From Parcubacteria group bacterium (GTDB lineage Bacteria > Patescibacteriota > Minisyncoccia > Phycocordibacterales > Zambryskibacteraceae), in assembly GCA_028286565.1 (NCBI GenBank), contig JAQBRH010000002.1, positions 17,876 to 81,875 on the forward strand: a stretch of DNA of 64,000 nucleotides. The letters are read 5' to 3'. Under the pieces are notes generated by a model. That model was not told the origin of the DNA and searched no databases. It was given only the letters and a program-made list of their open reading frames with translations. The translations under genes and the position numbers were made by a program. This document shows, piece by piece, positions 35,850 through 45,735 of the stretch. Position 1 is the stretch's first letter; each line of letters starts with the position of its first letter.

Positions 35850-36603
35850 ACCCGATCGAGCATTCGGCAAAAAGGCTTTATTCCTGCTTGGAGTTTTTAT
35901 TTTCGGCGCTCTTGTTTTTTCACTTTTTGACGGACTGTTTGTCCGGCTGGCTGCTCCCATATGGAAGAGCGAGAATGTCGTGGCCCGAAGCGCCTGGAGG
36001 GTCAGCGGATTTTTCAAGGATACGAATGCTCTTCTTCAAGAAAATGCCGATCTTCGCGCGCGCGTCGCCTCTGATGAACTTTTGATCTCCTCCCTCCGCT
36101 CGATCGAGAATTCTCGCGAAGTACTCCTCAATTCGTTCGGCCGAAGCGGCACCTCCACCTTCATCGGGGCCACCGTGCTCGTCCATCCTCCGGAAACTCC
36201 CTACGACTTTCTGGTACTCGATGCGGGCTCAAACTACGGGGTGAAAGTGGGGGACTCGGTGGCCCTTCCCGAAGGATCAAAGATCGGGGTCGTGATTGAA
36301 GTCTTCTCCAAGGATTCTCGGGCCAAGCTCTTTTCAACAAGCGGAGAGCAAACGAACGCGATCCTTGAACGGGGCGGGGCACCCGTCACTCTCATCGGCC
36401 GAGGCGGAGGGGCGTTCGAGATCGAACTTCCGCGAGAGGTGCCTGTTGTCGCCGGTGACCGAGTGCTTGATTCGACCATCACCGCCGGGATGATCGGCGT
36501 AGTGCGGGATATAGAGTCTGTCCCCACGGATTCGTTCAAGAAAGTGCTGGTCGAGAGCGCCGCTCCGATCCATTCGCTTCATTTTGTCCGCATCGTTCAA
36601 TGA
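35821..36603 (+). CDS. mreC: Rod shape-determining protein MreC
   Basis: N-terminal TM, coiled-coil, C-terminal beta domains; position after mreB. Confidence 0.75.
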   Translation: MKTPYLQRNRPDRAFGKKALFLLGVFIFGALVFSLFDGLFVRLAAPIWKSENVVARSAWRVSGFFKDTNALLQENADLRARVASDELLISSLRSIENSREVLLNSFGRSGTSTFIGATVLVHPPETPYDFLVLDAGSNYGVKVGDSVALPEGSKIGVVIEVFSKDSRAKLFSTSGEQTNAILERGGAPVTLIGRGGGAFEIELPREVPVVAGDRVLDSTITAGMIGVVRDIESVPTDSFKKVLVESAAPIHSLHFVRIVQ

Positions 36604-36863
36604 AAAAACGAGACATCGCCACCCTCATACTCCTCATCCTCATCCTGGCTTTCCCATATTGGGTGTATCTTCCGGCGCTCCTCCTTGCTATCCTATTCCT
36701 CCCCATGTATTGGGAGGGGATTTTCCTCGGCTTTCTCATTGATGTATTCTATGGAGCGCGAGCGCATCCGGGGCTTTCGCTTTCGTACCCGTATGCCCTC
36801 GGGGTTCTCCTCTTGATCCTCGTCCTTATTCCACTCCGCGAGCACCTTCGATTCGATGCATAA
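36600..36863 (+). CDS. mreD: Rod shape-determining protein MreD (small polytopic membrane protein)
   Basis: Position, size and hydrophobicity; ATGA overlap with mreC. Confidence 0.6.
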   Translation: MKKRDIATLILLILILAFPYWVYLPALLLAILFLPMYWEGIFLGFLIDVFYGARAHPGLSLSYPYALGVLLLILVLIPLREHLRFDA

Positions 36864-38565
36864 ACAATTCCTTCGCAACTTTAAAAAACGATTTCGCAGG
36901 CAATATCAGGACATCAATCCCGAGGATATTTTCCTTGATTCGGCAAACTTGCCCGGGTTCGCCGAACACCGCTTTGAGGGGCGCATCGAAAAGCCGATCT
37001 CCGAACGCACGTTCTTTGTTTTGAAATGCGTCCTCTGTATCGTCGTCTTCCTTTTTTGTATAAAGCTCTGGAACCTTCAGATCCACAAGGGAACCGCCTA
37101 TGCGGAAGTTTCCGAGAATAACCGCCTGGCGCACACGCTTATCTTTGCCAATCGCGGCCTCATCTATGACCGCAATAAAGTCGAACTCGCAACGAACGCG
37201 GTCAAGGATGACGCCTCCGGATTTTCCTCTCGCCTCTATCCGCCCGTCGAAGGCTTGGCGCACGTCGTCGGGTATCTCAAATATCCGGCCAAGGATTCTT
37301 CCGGACATTTCTACGAAGAAGCATACAAAGGCCAGGCCGGGGTCGAGAAGGTCTACAACGATTCTTTATCCGGCAAGAACGGATTGAAGATCACGGAGAC
37401 CGACGCCTTGGGCAAAGTGGTATCCGAGAGCGTCATTGAAAAGCCTGAAGACGGGAACGACCTCACTCTCTCGATCGACTCGCGCTTCAACATCGAGCTC
37501 TACAAGGCCATCGCCAACATCGCTCATACACGAGGATTTACGGGCGGAGCCGGGGTGGTCATGGATGTGGAAACCGGAGAGATCCTCGCCCTGACGAGCT
37601 ATCCGGAGTATAACCAAAACATAGTGACGGAAGGCGCTGACCGCAAGGCTATTTCCGAACTTTTCACTTCCAAAGATCAGCCGTTCCTCGATCGGGCGAC
37701 GAGCGGCCTCTATACGCCGGGTTCGATCGTCAAGCCGATCATGGGCCTCGCGGCCTTGAACGAAGGAGTGATCGACGCGAATAAGCAGATCCTGTCGACG
37801 GGTTCGATCAGCGTCCCCAATCCGTATGACAAGACCAAGCCTTCAATATTTAGGGACTGGAAGGCCCTCGGCTGGGTGGATCTGAAGGACGCTCTGGCCG
37901 TTTCTTCGGACGTGTATTTCTACGAGGTCGGAGGAGGCTTCGAAGGCCAGAAAGGCATCGGCATCAATGCCATAGACAAATATTATGAACTCTTCGGCAT
38001 GACCGAGAAGACGGGGATCGACCTGCCGGGCGAGAGCGCGGGCGTCATCCCGAGCCCCGAGTGGAAGAAAGAAAATTTCAACGGAGAACCGTGGCGCCTC
38101 GGGGACACCTACATCACCTCGATCGGCCAATACGGCACTCAGGTGACCGCCCTGGAAGCGGTGCGATGGGTTGGAGCGATCGCGAACGGGGGCAAGCTCT
38201 TGGTCCCAAGCGTCGTAATTGGAGGGAAGCCGGCGACGGAGAGGGTATTCAGAACGATCGACCTCCCGTATCAAACGTGGCAGACCGTCCGGGACGGCAT
38301 GAGGCAGGGAGTGACGACTGGTATCGTCACCGCGCTCAACCACCCGGCGGTAGCCTTTGCAGCGAAGACCGGTACGGCCGAGCTCGGAGTGACAAAGCAG
38401 CTCGTGAACTCGTGGTCGACCGGCTTTTGGCCATACGACCATCCGCGCTACGCCTTCGCTGTATTAATGGAAAAGGGGGACAGGAACAACACCGTCGGAG
38501 CGACCTATGCGATGCAGGAAGTAGAGAACTGGATGATCATAAACGCCCCGGAGTATTTGAAATAG
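36856..38565 (+). CDS. mrdA: Penicillin-binding protein 2 (elongation-specific transpeptidase)
   Basis: SIVKP (SxxK), SSD (SxN-like), KTGTA motifs; N-terminal TM and dimerisation domain; follows mreBCD. Confidence 0.85.
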   Translation: MHKQFLRNFKKRFRRQYQDINPEDIFLDSANLPGFAEHRFEGRIEKPISERTFFVLKCVLCIVVFLFCIKLWNLQIHKGTAYAEVSENNRLAHTLIFANRGLIYDRNKVELATNAVKDDASGFSSRLYPPVEGLAHVVGYLKYPAKDSSGHFYEEAYKGQAGVEKVYNDSLSGKNGLKITETDALGKVVSESVIEKPEDGNDLTLSIDSRFNIELYKAIANIAHTRGFTGGAGVVMDVETGEILALTSYPEYNQNIVTEGADRKAISELFTSKDQPFLDRATSGLYTPGSIVKPIMGLAALNEGVIDANKQILSTGSISVPNPYDKTKPSIFRDWKALGWVDLKDALAVSSDVYFYEVGGGFEGQKGIGINAIDKYYELFGMTEKTGIDLPGESAGVIPSPEWKKENFNGEPWRLGDTYITSIGQYGTQVTALEAVRWVGAIANGGKLLVPSVVIGGKPATERVFRTIDLPYQTWQTVRDGMRQGVTTGIVTALNHPAVAFAAKTGTAELGVTKQLVNSWSTGFWPYDHPRYAFAVLMEKGDRNNTVGATYAMQEVENWMIINAPEYLK

Positions 38566-38655
38566 CATTCCTTGCTTTTTTGACAATGCGTGATATAATA
38601 CAAAAAGAGTCAAAAGCTGTTCTTGTGGTCTCATAGTCCTTTTCAGGAGATGATC

Positions 38656-39015
38656 ATGCGTTTCTCGATCCTTGCAATGCTGGTGATCACTGCGTGCTCA
38701 CGGGCATCCATGGTAGAGCCTGTGGCGCCGACACCTGGACCCGTTCTCGAAATGAACTTCAATGGTCAGAAGGGGATGAGGACCCTCACGGTCCGGGGCG
38801 AGCCCTTTACCTTTGGATGGGTTTCCTCCCGAGCGACATCCTGCGAGATGGTTACGCCCGTACGTTCAGGTCTCAGCCTCGTCGGCCACAGTGCGTCGAT
38901 TTCTCCCGATCACAATTTTTACCCGGCCAAGGGAAAGCCGGTGACGTTCACGATTTTCTGCAAGGATGGAGAAGCTGTGGTCCGAGATTCCGTTCTTGCG
39001 TACAAAGGATCATGA
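38656..39015 (+). CDS. Hypothetical lipoprotein (ITAC lipobox)
   Basis: MIMRFSILAMLVITACSRA signal. Confidence 0.5.
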   Translation: MRFSILAMLVITACSRASMVEPVAPTPGPVLEMNFNGQKGMRTLTVRGEPFTFGWVSSRATSCEMVTPVRSGLSLVGHSASISPDHNFYPAKGKPVTFTIFCKDGEAVVRDSVLAYKGS

Positions 39016-39164
39016 TCCCAAAGCCCCGCCGGGTTACCGGCGGGGCATGCCTCCAGCACATGTTGCTGGTTTTTTTATACCATTATCCCAAAATTAGTGG
39101 GGTTGATTTTCAGTTGAGTTTGAGGTATTATACGCGCCATAAAACAGTGCGATAAAGAGACCAC

Positions 39165-39632
39165 ATGAACGACAACCACGAATATCTGACTCAGGCAAAA
39201 TTCGACCAATTCAAGGCCGAACTTGAGAACTTGAAGACGAACAAGCGCCGCGAGATCGCCGAAGCTCTCGCCTATGCTTCATCTCTTGGAGACAAATCAG
39301 AGAACGCCGAATATCATGAAGCTAGAGATTCTCAGGCTCACGTCGAAGACCGCATCAACCACCTCGAAGCCGTATTAAAGAACGCCTCGATCGTTTCTAC
39401 GCACGATACGAACACTGTCACCGTCGGCTCGGTCATCACCATCTCAAAGAACGGCGTCGCCGACCGCAGGCACTACACCATCGTCGGTTCAGAAGAAGCC
39501 GATGCGATGAGCGGGAAGATCTCTACCAAATCTCCTTTGGGCTCAGCCGCTCTCGGCAAGTCAAAGGGCGAATCATTCTCCTTTCAAACTCCGCAGGGCA
39601 TGGCCAACTGCGTTATTCTCGAAATAGAATAG
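39165..39632 (+). CDS. greA: Transcription elongation factor GreA
   Basis: N-terminal coiled-coil with acidic tip (GDKSENAEYHEARD) and C-terminal FKBP-like domain. Confidence 0.85.
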   Translation: MNDNHEYLTQAKFDQFKAELENLKTNKRREIAEALAYASSLGDKSENAEYHEARDSQAHVEDRINHLEAVLKNASIVSTHDTNTVTVGSVITISKNGVADRRHYTIVGSEEADAMSGKISTKSPLGSAALGKSKGESFSFQTPQGMANCVILEIE

Positions 39633-39677
39633 ACGTAATCCCTCGCCGAGAACCTCGAAAGCTAGTATTCTAGACAT

Positions 39678-41147
39678 ATGGCATCCATAGAAGAAATTCG
39701 CGACGGTCGGCTTCAAAAACTCCAACTCCTGGCCGATAAAGGCATCGAAGCGTATCCGGCCTCAGCCACAGCTTCTCTCACTAACGCAGAAGCGGTAGAA
39801 AAGTTCGAAACTCTCAAGGACAATGAGCCGGTCACGCTGGTCGGACGCATCCTCTCGCTCCGCGCACAAGGCAAGATCATCTTCATCACCTTCGACGACG
39901 GCACGGCGAGATTTCAAGCGCTCCTCAAATCCGGTGAACCGCTTCCGGAAGAAGATTTCGAGCTGTTTCAAAACGCCTTTGATATAGGAGACTTCGTCGA
40001 GATCCGCGGCGTGCTCTTTTTGACAAAGAGGGAAGAGAGAACCGTCCTCGCCGAATCGGTTCGCATGCTCGCCAAGTCCTTGCGCCCGCTCCCGGAGAAG
40101 TGGCACGGCCTCGCGGATACCGAAGAGCGTTTTAGAAAGCGCTACCTTGACCTCATCTCCAATCCGGAAGTGAAGGAGCGTTTTATCCTGCGCTCAAAGC
40201 TCATCACGGAGATCCGCCGCATCCTCGACGACGCCGGATACCTAGAAGTGGAGACGCCGGCCCTTCAGCCGATCTATGGAGGCGCGTCGGCCGAACCGTT
40301 CGTCACGCATCACAATGCGCTCGACACAGACCTCTACCTCCGCATCTCGGACGAACTTTATTTGAAGCGGCTCTTGGCCGGAGGATTTCCCAAGGTCTAC
40401 GAGATCGCCCGGGACTTTAGGAACGAAGGCATCGACCACACTCACAACCCCGAGTTCACCATGCTCGAATTCTACGAAGCCTATTCGGATGCTCCTCGGC
40501 AGATGCAGTTCGTCGAGACGATGATGAAGACACTCGTGAAGAAGCTATTTAATAAAGACACGGTCGAATGGGAAGGCGAAGTGATCGACTTTGAGAGCGA
40601 CTTTGAAGTTGTCCGCTATTTTGAACTTTTGGAGCGATATGCAGGCATCACAAATCCGGCCACGGCCACGGAGAAAGATCTCCGAGAAAAGGCGCTCGAG
40701 CTCGGGATCGAGTTGTCGCCCGCCGATTCGTATTACAAAGTGATGGACAATATCTATAAGAAAGCCTGCAGGCCGAAACTGATCCAGCCGACCTTCATCA
40801 TCGATTATCCGCAGGACTACCTTCCACTCGCGAAGAAGAAGGCCGGAGAAGAGGGGATCGTCGAAGCCTTCCAGCTCGTCATCGGAGGCACAGAATTGGT
40901 AAAAGCCTTTTCAGAACTTAACGACCCGATCGATCAGAGGTCTCGCTTTGAAGCCCAGGAGAAATTCAAAGAAGAAGGGGAGAAGGACGCGCAGATCCTC
41001 GACGAAGACTTCATTGAAGCCATGGAACACGGTATTCCTCCGGCTGGCGGCGTCGGCATAGGCATCGACCGTCTCGCCATGCTCTTTACGAATACTCATA
41101 ACATCAAAGAGGTGATCTTGTTTCCGACCCTCCGCCCGAAGAACTAA
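39678..41147 (+). CDS. lysS: Lysyl-tRNA synthetase, class II
   Basis: OB-fold N-domain, motif 2 FRNEGIDHTHNPEFTMLEFY, motif 3 GIGIDRLAMLFT. Confidence 0.9.
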   Translation: MASIEEIRDGRLQKLQLLADKGIEAYPASATASLTNAEAVEKFETLKDNEPVTLVGRILSLRAQGKIIFITFDDGTARFQALLKSGEPLPEEDFELFQNAFDIGDFVEIRGVLFLTKREERTVLAESVRMLAKSLRPLPEKWHGLADTEERFRKRYLDLISNPEVKERFILRSKLITEIRRILDDAGYLEVETPALQPIYGGASAEPFVTHHNALDTDLYLRISDELYLKRLLAGGFPKVYEIARDFRNEGIDHTHNPEFTMLEFYEAYSDAPRQMQFVETMMKTLVKKLFNKDTVEWEGEVIDFESDFEVVRYFELLERYAGITNPATATEKDLREKALELGIELSPADSYYKVMDNIYKKACRPKLIQPTFIIDYPQDYLPLAKKKAGEEGIVEAFQLVIGGTELVKAFSELNDPIDQRSRFEAQEKFKEEGEKDAQILDEDFIEAMEHGIPPAGGVGIGIDRLAMLFTNTHNIKEVILFPTLRPKN

Positions 41148-41205
41148 TTGACTTTTTAATATTTTGTGCTAGTGTTTAGATAGAACCTCAACCAGGAGCC
41201 GTTTC

Positions 41206-41505
41206 GTGCCCCAGCTCAAATCATTTGAAGTTTTCTCGCAAAACAGACCTCTCGGGGAGTTGAAAGACCACGAGTGGAATGGACGGACCGTTCTGTGTGC
41301 TCAGTGCCATACTGGCAGTGTGCCGTATGGTCTCATCATCGGCTTTCGAGTCGAGGAGAAAAATCCGGACGAGAAACCCGGAGATGTCATCAAGATCCTC
41401 GCGCTCGATGAGAAGCGGGGAGATTCAGAGGAGCAGGCCCTGATCGGAGAACTGACCCGGTTCTTCTCGAGGATCCTGGACGGGCGGATCATTTTCTACT
41501 GGTAG
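41206..41505 (+). CDS. Hypothetical protein (99 aa)
   Basis: ORF only. Confidence 0.35.
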   Translation: MPQLKSFEVFSQNRPLGELKDHEWNGRTVLCAQCHTGSVPYGLIIGFRVEEKNPDEKPGDVIKILALDEKRGDSEEQALIGELTRFFSRILDGRIIFYW

Positions 41506-41534
41506 CACCTTCACAACTTCTTTAGGAGTTAGCG

Positions 41535-42113
41535 ATGAATCTCTACACGATCCTCGGGTCGGGGATAGGGTTCACACTCTATCTCTGCTTTGCCTGGCAA
41601 GTTCGGCGTAAGAGCCTTCCATTGAGCATGGCCACGTTTCTGTTGTGGGGCATACTCGATGCGATCAACGCGATCTCTACCTACCGGAAGGATGGCGCCT
41701 GGCTTTTGCCGGTCATGTATTCGATCGGGGGTCTCTTGATCTGCCGAGAGCTGTGGCTTAAGCGGCTGATAAAGTGGACATGGTTCGAGTCGCTCATTAC
41801 CGGGCTCGTTCTGGTGTGCCTTATCGGCTGGGCATATTCGGGCGACAGGACGGCAATTATTCTGTCCGGGGTCAGTGTGTTCTTGGCCGGGTTGCCCCAA
41901 TGCATGGATTCACTCGAAATGCCGGCTGAACAGCCGCTGGGGTTGTATGCCGGATTCTTCGCCGCGAATGGCCTAGCCATGATGGGCGGTACAGAGTGGA
42001 GTGTTGAACAGATGCTGTACTCGACGCTCTGTTTCGGCATCACGATCCTCGTTGTCCTGCCGCTCATGTTGGATCGGATCAAGCGCAGAGTCCCATTCAG
42101 GGAATGGATCTAG
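41535..42113 (+). CDS. Hypothetical integral membrane protein (6 TM)
   Basis: Hydrophobicity. Confidence 0.5.
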   Translation: MNLYTILGSGIGFTLYLCFAWQVRRKSLPLSMATFLLWGILDAINAISTYRKDGAWLLPVMYSIGGLLICRELWLKRLIKWTWFESLITGLVLVCLIGWAYSGDRTAIILSGVSVFLAGLPQCMDSLEMPAEQPLGLYAGFFAANGLAMMGGTEWSVEQMLYSTLCFGITILVVLPLMLDRIKRRVPFREWI

Positions 42114-42315
42114 TAGAAGAAGTTGTTTTTGTACGCCCCGACTACGGTCGGGGCTTCTTCATACCCAAAACTGCAAAACAGATAGGGGAAGATGGCAAGA
42201 GGAAAAGTGGATAACTCGGCTGGTAGAGTGGATGGTGGTGGGATACAATTTCATACGAGTGGGAGAAAGTGGGAATGGTTCGACAAGCTCACCACAAGAC
42301 AGAAAAATCATATAC

Positions 42316-42750
42316 ATGTTCATAGGCGAGTACACACATACGGTAGACGAGAAAAAAAGGATCTCTCTGCCTTCCAAGTTCAAAGCCGAACTTGGGAAAA
42401 AGGTCGTCGTCACTCGCGGACTCGATAACTGTCTTTTCCTCTTCCCTCACAAGACCTGGGCTCTGATAGCCGCGGAGATGTCCAAATTGGATGTGAAGCA
42501 GGCGGATGCACGAGGCTTCTCGCGCTTCATGTTCTCCGGGGCATCGGAGATAGATGTGGATTCGATGGGAAGGATCTTGATACCGGATTATTTGCGGGAA
42601 TTCGGGGATCTTAAAACGCCGGTCGTCTTTGCGGGAGTTTCGGATCGGATCGAGATCTGGAACGAGCGACGATGGGATACCTATAAGAAGCGCATCGAAT
42701 CTCAGGCGGACATGATGGCCGAAAAGCTCGGCTCGATAGGGATACGATAA
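42316..42750 (+). CDS. mraZ: Transcriptional regulator MraZ (ORF-track start 42001 is an upstream extension)
   Basis: Duplicated DxxxR-type MraZ halves (VDEKKRISLP / VDSMGRILIP). Confidence 0.85.
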   Translation: MFIGEYTHTVDEKKRISLPSKFKAELGKKVVVTRGLDNCLFLFPHKTWALIAAEMSKLDVKQADARGFSRFMFSGASEIDVDSMGRILIPDYLREFGDLKTPVVFAGVSDRIEIWNERRWDTYKKRIESQADMMAEKLGSIGIR

Positions 42751-43661
42751 TGACGCCCTTCGATATGACTCAGGGTAAACACGTCTCAGTTCTTTTGAAC
42801 GAATCGATCGATCTGCTGGACCTTGAGGAAGGAGACATCTTCCTCGACGGCACTCTCGGAGCGGGAGGGCACAGCGCCCTCGTTGCCGAGCGATTCCACG
42901 ACGCGGTAGAGATCATCGGTCTCGACCGCGACCCGGAAGCCCTGAAGAGAAGTGAAGAGAGGTTGCGGACTCTCACCACTTCGGCCTTTTTCCGACAGGA
43001 AAGCTTCAAAAATCTTGATCAGGTACTCGAAGCTCTCGGCGTCGGAAAAGTGAACGGCATTCTTCTTGATCTGGGGATCTCTTCGGATCAGCTGGATGCC
43101 GAAGGCAGGGGGTTCTCGTTCCTCAGGGATGAGCCCCTCTCGATGAACATGGATCCGAACGATGCATCGGTGTCGGCGGAGCTCATCCTTAATACGTGGG
43201 ACGAAGAATCGATCGAGCTCATCATCCGAGGGTTTGGTGAAGAGAAGCTTTCTCGAAAGATCGCCCGAGAGATCGTAAGGAGACGCGAGATAAAGCCCTT
43301 CAAGACAACGTTTGATCTCCTCGAAGCTGTGGGAGCTGCCACTCCCGCTTCGGCCAAACGTTTCAAGATCCATCCGGCCACCCGAACATTTCAGGCCCTC
43401 AGAATTGCGGTCAACGGGGAACTCGCCGCTCTTGAAGAAGGCCTAGAAAAGGGATTCGAAGCTCTCGAATCGAACGGACGCATGGCGGTCATTTCCTTCC
43501 ACAGCCTTGAAGACAGGATCGTCAAGCAATTTTTCAAAGAGAAGGCCGAAAACGGGGCCGCCCGGCTCATCACCAAAAAGCCGATAACTCCGACCGACGA
43601 AGAGATAGAGAGAAATCCGCGCTCCAGAAGCGCAAAGCTGAGAGTCATTCAAAAGTTATAA
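42750..43661 (+). CDS. rsmH: 16S rRNA (cytosine1402-N4)-methyltransferase RsmH (MraW)
   Basis: DGTLGAGGHS SAM-binding motif, full-length RsmH pattern. Confidence 0.9.
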   Translation: MTPFDMTQGKHVSVLLNESIDLLDLEEGDIFLDGTLGAGGHSALVAERFHDAVEIIGLDRDPEALKRSEERLRTLTTSAFFRQESFKNLDQVLEALGVGKVNGILLDLGISSDQLDAEGRGFSFLRDEPLSMNMDPNDASVSAELILNTWDEESIELIIRGFGEEKLSRKIAREIVRRREIKPFKTTFDLLEAVGAATPASAKRFKIHPATRTFQALRIAVNGELAALEEGLEKGFEALESNGRMAVISFHSLEDRIVKQFFKEKAENGAARLITKKPITPTDEEIERNPRSRSAKLRVIQKL

Positions 43662-43681
43662 GCACCTTTAGAGAGAACGAT

Positions 43682-43996
43682 ATGTATAAAACCAAAGCCC
43701 TTCAATATGATAATCGAGTCCGCATTTTTTGGACTCTTGTCTCTCTCTGCGTCGCGTCCCTTGCTCTCTATGTCTACGGGGTCAATGCGACCGTGCGCAA
43801 CACCGTGGTCCGCGCTCAGCTCGAGGCCGAAGCCTCGAATATCTCTGCGCACCTCGGCGAGATGGAATTTGCATACATCAGCTTAAAAAATAAGGTTTCG
43901 CTCGAAGTAGCCTATGCCCGGGGGTATCAGGATGTGGTGTCTCCGACCTTTATCTCTCGATCGAGCCGCTCACTCTCTCTGAATACTAAGCGATAG
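43682..43996 (+). CDS. ftsL: FtsL-like small bitopic cell-division protein
   Basis: Size, single TM, position between rsmH and ftsI. Confidence 0.5.
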   Translation: MYKTKALQYDNRVRIFWTLVSLCVASLALYVYGVNATVRNTVVRAQLEAEASNISAHLGEMEFAYISLKNKVSLEVAYARGYQDVVSPTFISRSSRSLSLNTKR

Positions 43997-43998
43997 TC

Positions 43999-45735
43999 AT
44001 GAAGGATGCTTCGCGGTTGCGCTTCCTCTCTGTCCTCGTCATACTCTTTGCCCTCGTGCTCATCGGGAGGCTGTATTTTGTCCAGATCGTTTCCGGTGCG
44101 ACATATAAAGACAAGGCCGAGCATCAATATGTCGCCGGGGCGAACTTCTTTGACCGCGGGTCCATATTCTTTAGCAGCAAGGATGGCACCTCCGTCCCTG
44201 CGGCCACGCTAAAGACCGGCTACACGCTCGCCATCAATCCCCAGATCCTCTCAAAGAGCGGAGACCTCGAAAGCATCTATGCCTCTCTGAATGCGATCGT
44301 GCCTTTGGACAAGACGGTCTTCATGCAGAAAGCAAAGAAGGACAAGGATCCGTATGAAGAGCTTCAAAACAGATTGCCGACGGATGTGGCCGACAAGATC
44401 GAAGCTCTAAAGATCAAAGGGCTATCCGTATATAGAGAAAAGTGGAGGATCTACCCAGGAGACAGCATGGCCGCCCATACGATCGGCTTCATCGGCTACA
44501 AGGGCGACGAGCTCGCCGGCCGCTACGGCCTTGAGCGCTTCTATGAGCCCGTGCTCAAGCGCTCGGGAGACGATGCGTTCGTGAACTTCTTCGCGGAGAT
44601 CTTTTCGAATATCCAGAAGTCGGTCACTCCGGGCGAGAGCCCCGAAGGCGATATCGTCACGACGATCGAACCGACCGTCGAATCCTTTCTCGAAGCGTCC
44701 CTGAAGAAAGTGAATGATACATATTCCTCGGATTTTACCGGAGGGATCGTCATCGATCCGAAAACAGGAGAGATCTATGCGATGGGTATGTATCCGACCT
44801 TCGATCCGAATGCTCCGCAGAAAGAAAAGAGCGCGGCCATATTCAGAAATCCGTTCGTTGAAGACCGCTACGAGATGGGCTCGATCATCAAGCCCTTGAC
44901 CATGGCCGCCGGGCTCGATTCGGGAGCGATCACTCCGCGCACTACGTACAACGACCCGGGCTGCCTCACCTTGAACAAGAAAACCTTCTGCAATTATGAC
45001 AACAAGTCGCACGGCTCGAACCTCCCGATGCAGATCATCCTCGACAAGTCGCTGAACACCGGAGTGTCCTTCGTCGTCAGCCGGATGGGGAATTCGGTCT
45101 TTACCGATTATATGTACAAATACGGCCTCGGCTCGACGACGGGGATCGATCTGCCGAACGAAGGGCATTCGCTCGTCTCGAACCTCAATTCTCCGCGCGA
45201 CCTCGAACACGCCCAGGCCTCCTTCGGCCAAGGCATCGCCCTGACGCCGATCGTCACCGTGCGCGCGCTTTCGGTCCTCGCGAACGGCGGCTACCTCATC
45301 ACTCCGCATTTGGCGAAGGAGATCGATTATAAGATTGGGACCAAAAAGACCATTACATACCCGAAGGGCGAACAGGTATTGAAGCCGGAGACGTCCGAAC
45401 AGATATCCCGCATGCTGACCGAAGTGGTCGATACCGCCCTGAAGAACGGACAGGTCAGGCTCCCGAACTATAGCGTGGCCGCAAAGACGGGTACGGCCCA
45501 GATCGCGAATGCCGGCGGATACTACGCGGATCGCTACCTCCATTCATTTTTCGGCTATTTCCCTTCGTATGATCCGAAATTCCTCGTTTTCCTTTATACG
45601 TACTATCCGAAGAACGTCCAATATGCCTCCGAAACCCTGACCGACACCTTTATCGACATCACCAAATTTCTGATAAACTACTACAATATCCCTCCGGACA
45701 GGGATGCCCCACCCCCTCCTACCGTTCAACTATGA
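43999..45735 (+). CDS. ftsI: Penicillin-binding protein (FtsI/PBP3-type transpeptidase)
   Basis: SIIKP (SxxK), SLN, KTGTA motifs; position in dcw cluster. Confidence 0.85.
   Translation: MKDASRLRFLSVLVILFALVLIGRLYFVQIVSGATYKDKAEHQYVAGANFFDRGSIFFSSKDGTSVPAATLKTGYTLAINPQILSKSGDLESIYASLNAIVPLDKTVFMQKAKKDKDPYEELQNRLPTDVADKIEALKIKGLSVYREKWRIYPGDSMAAHTIGFIGYKGDELAGRYGLERFYEPVLKRSGDDAFVNFFAEIFSNIQKSVTPGESPEGDIVTTIEPTVESFLEASLKKVNDTYSSDFTGGIVIDPKTGEIYAMGMYPTFDPNAPQKEKSAAIFRNPFVEDRYEMGSIIKPLTMAAGLDSGAITPRTTYNDPGCLTLNKKTFCNYDNKSHGSNLPMQIILDKSLNTGVSFVVSRMGNSVFTDYMYKYGLGSTTGIDLPNEGHSLVSNLNSPRDLEHAQASFGQGIALTPIVTVRALSVLANGGYLITPHLAKEIDYKIGTKKTITYPKGEQVLKPETSEQISRMLTEVVDTALKNGQVRLPNYSVAAKTGTAQIANAGGYYADRYLHSFFGYFPSYDPKFLVFLYTYYPKNVQYASETLTDTFIDITKFLINYYNIPPDRDAPPPPTVQL

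Noticed and set aside
44422-45543. 373-aa antisense ORF within ftsI
   Set aside because: Entirely antisense to a gene with clear PBP motifs. High-GC antisense ORFs are expected by chance.
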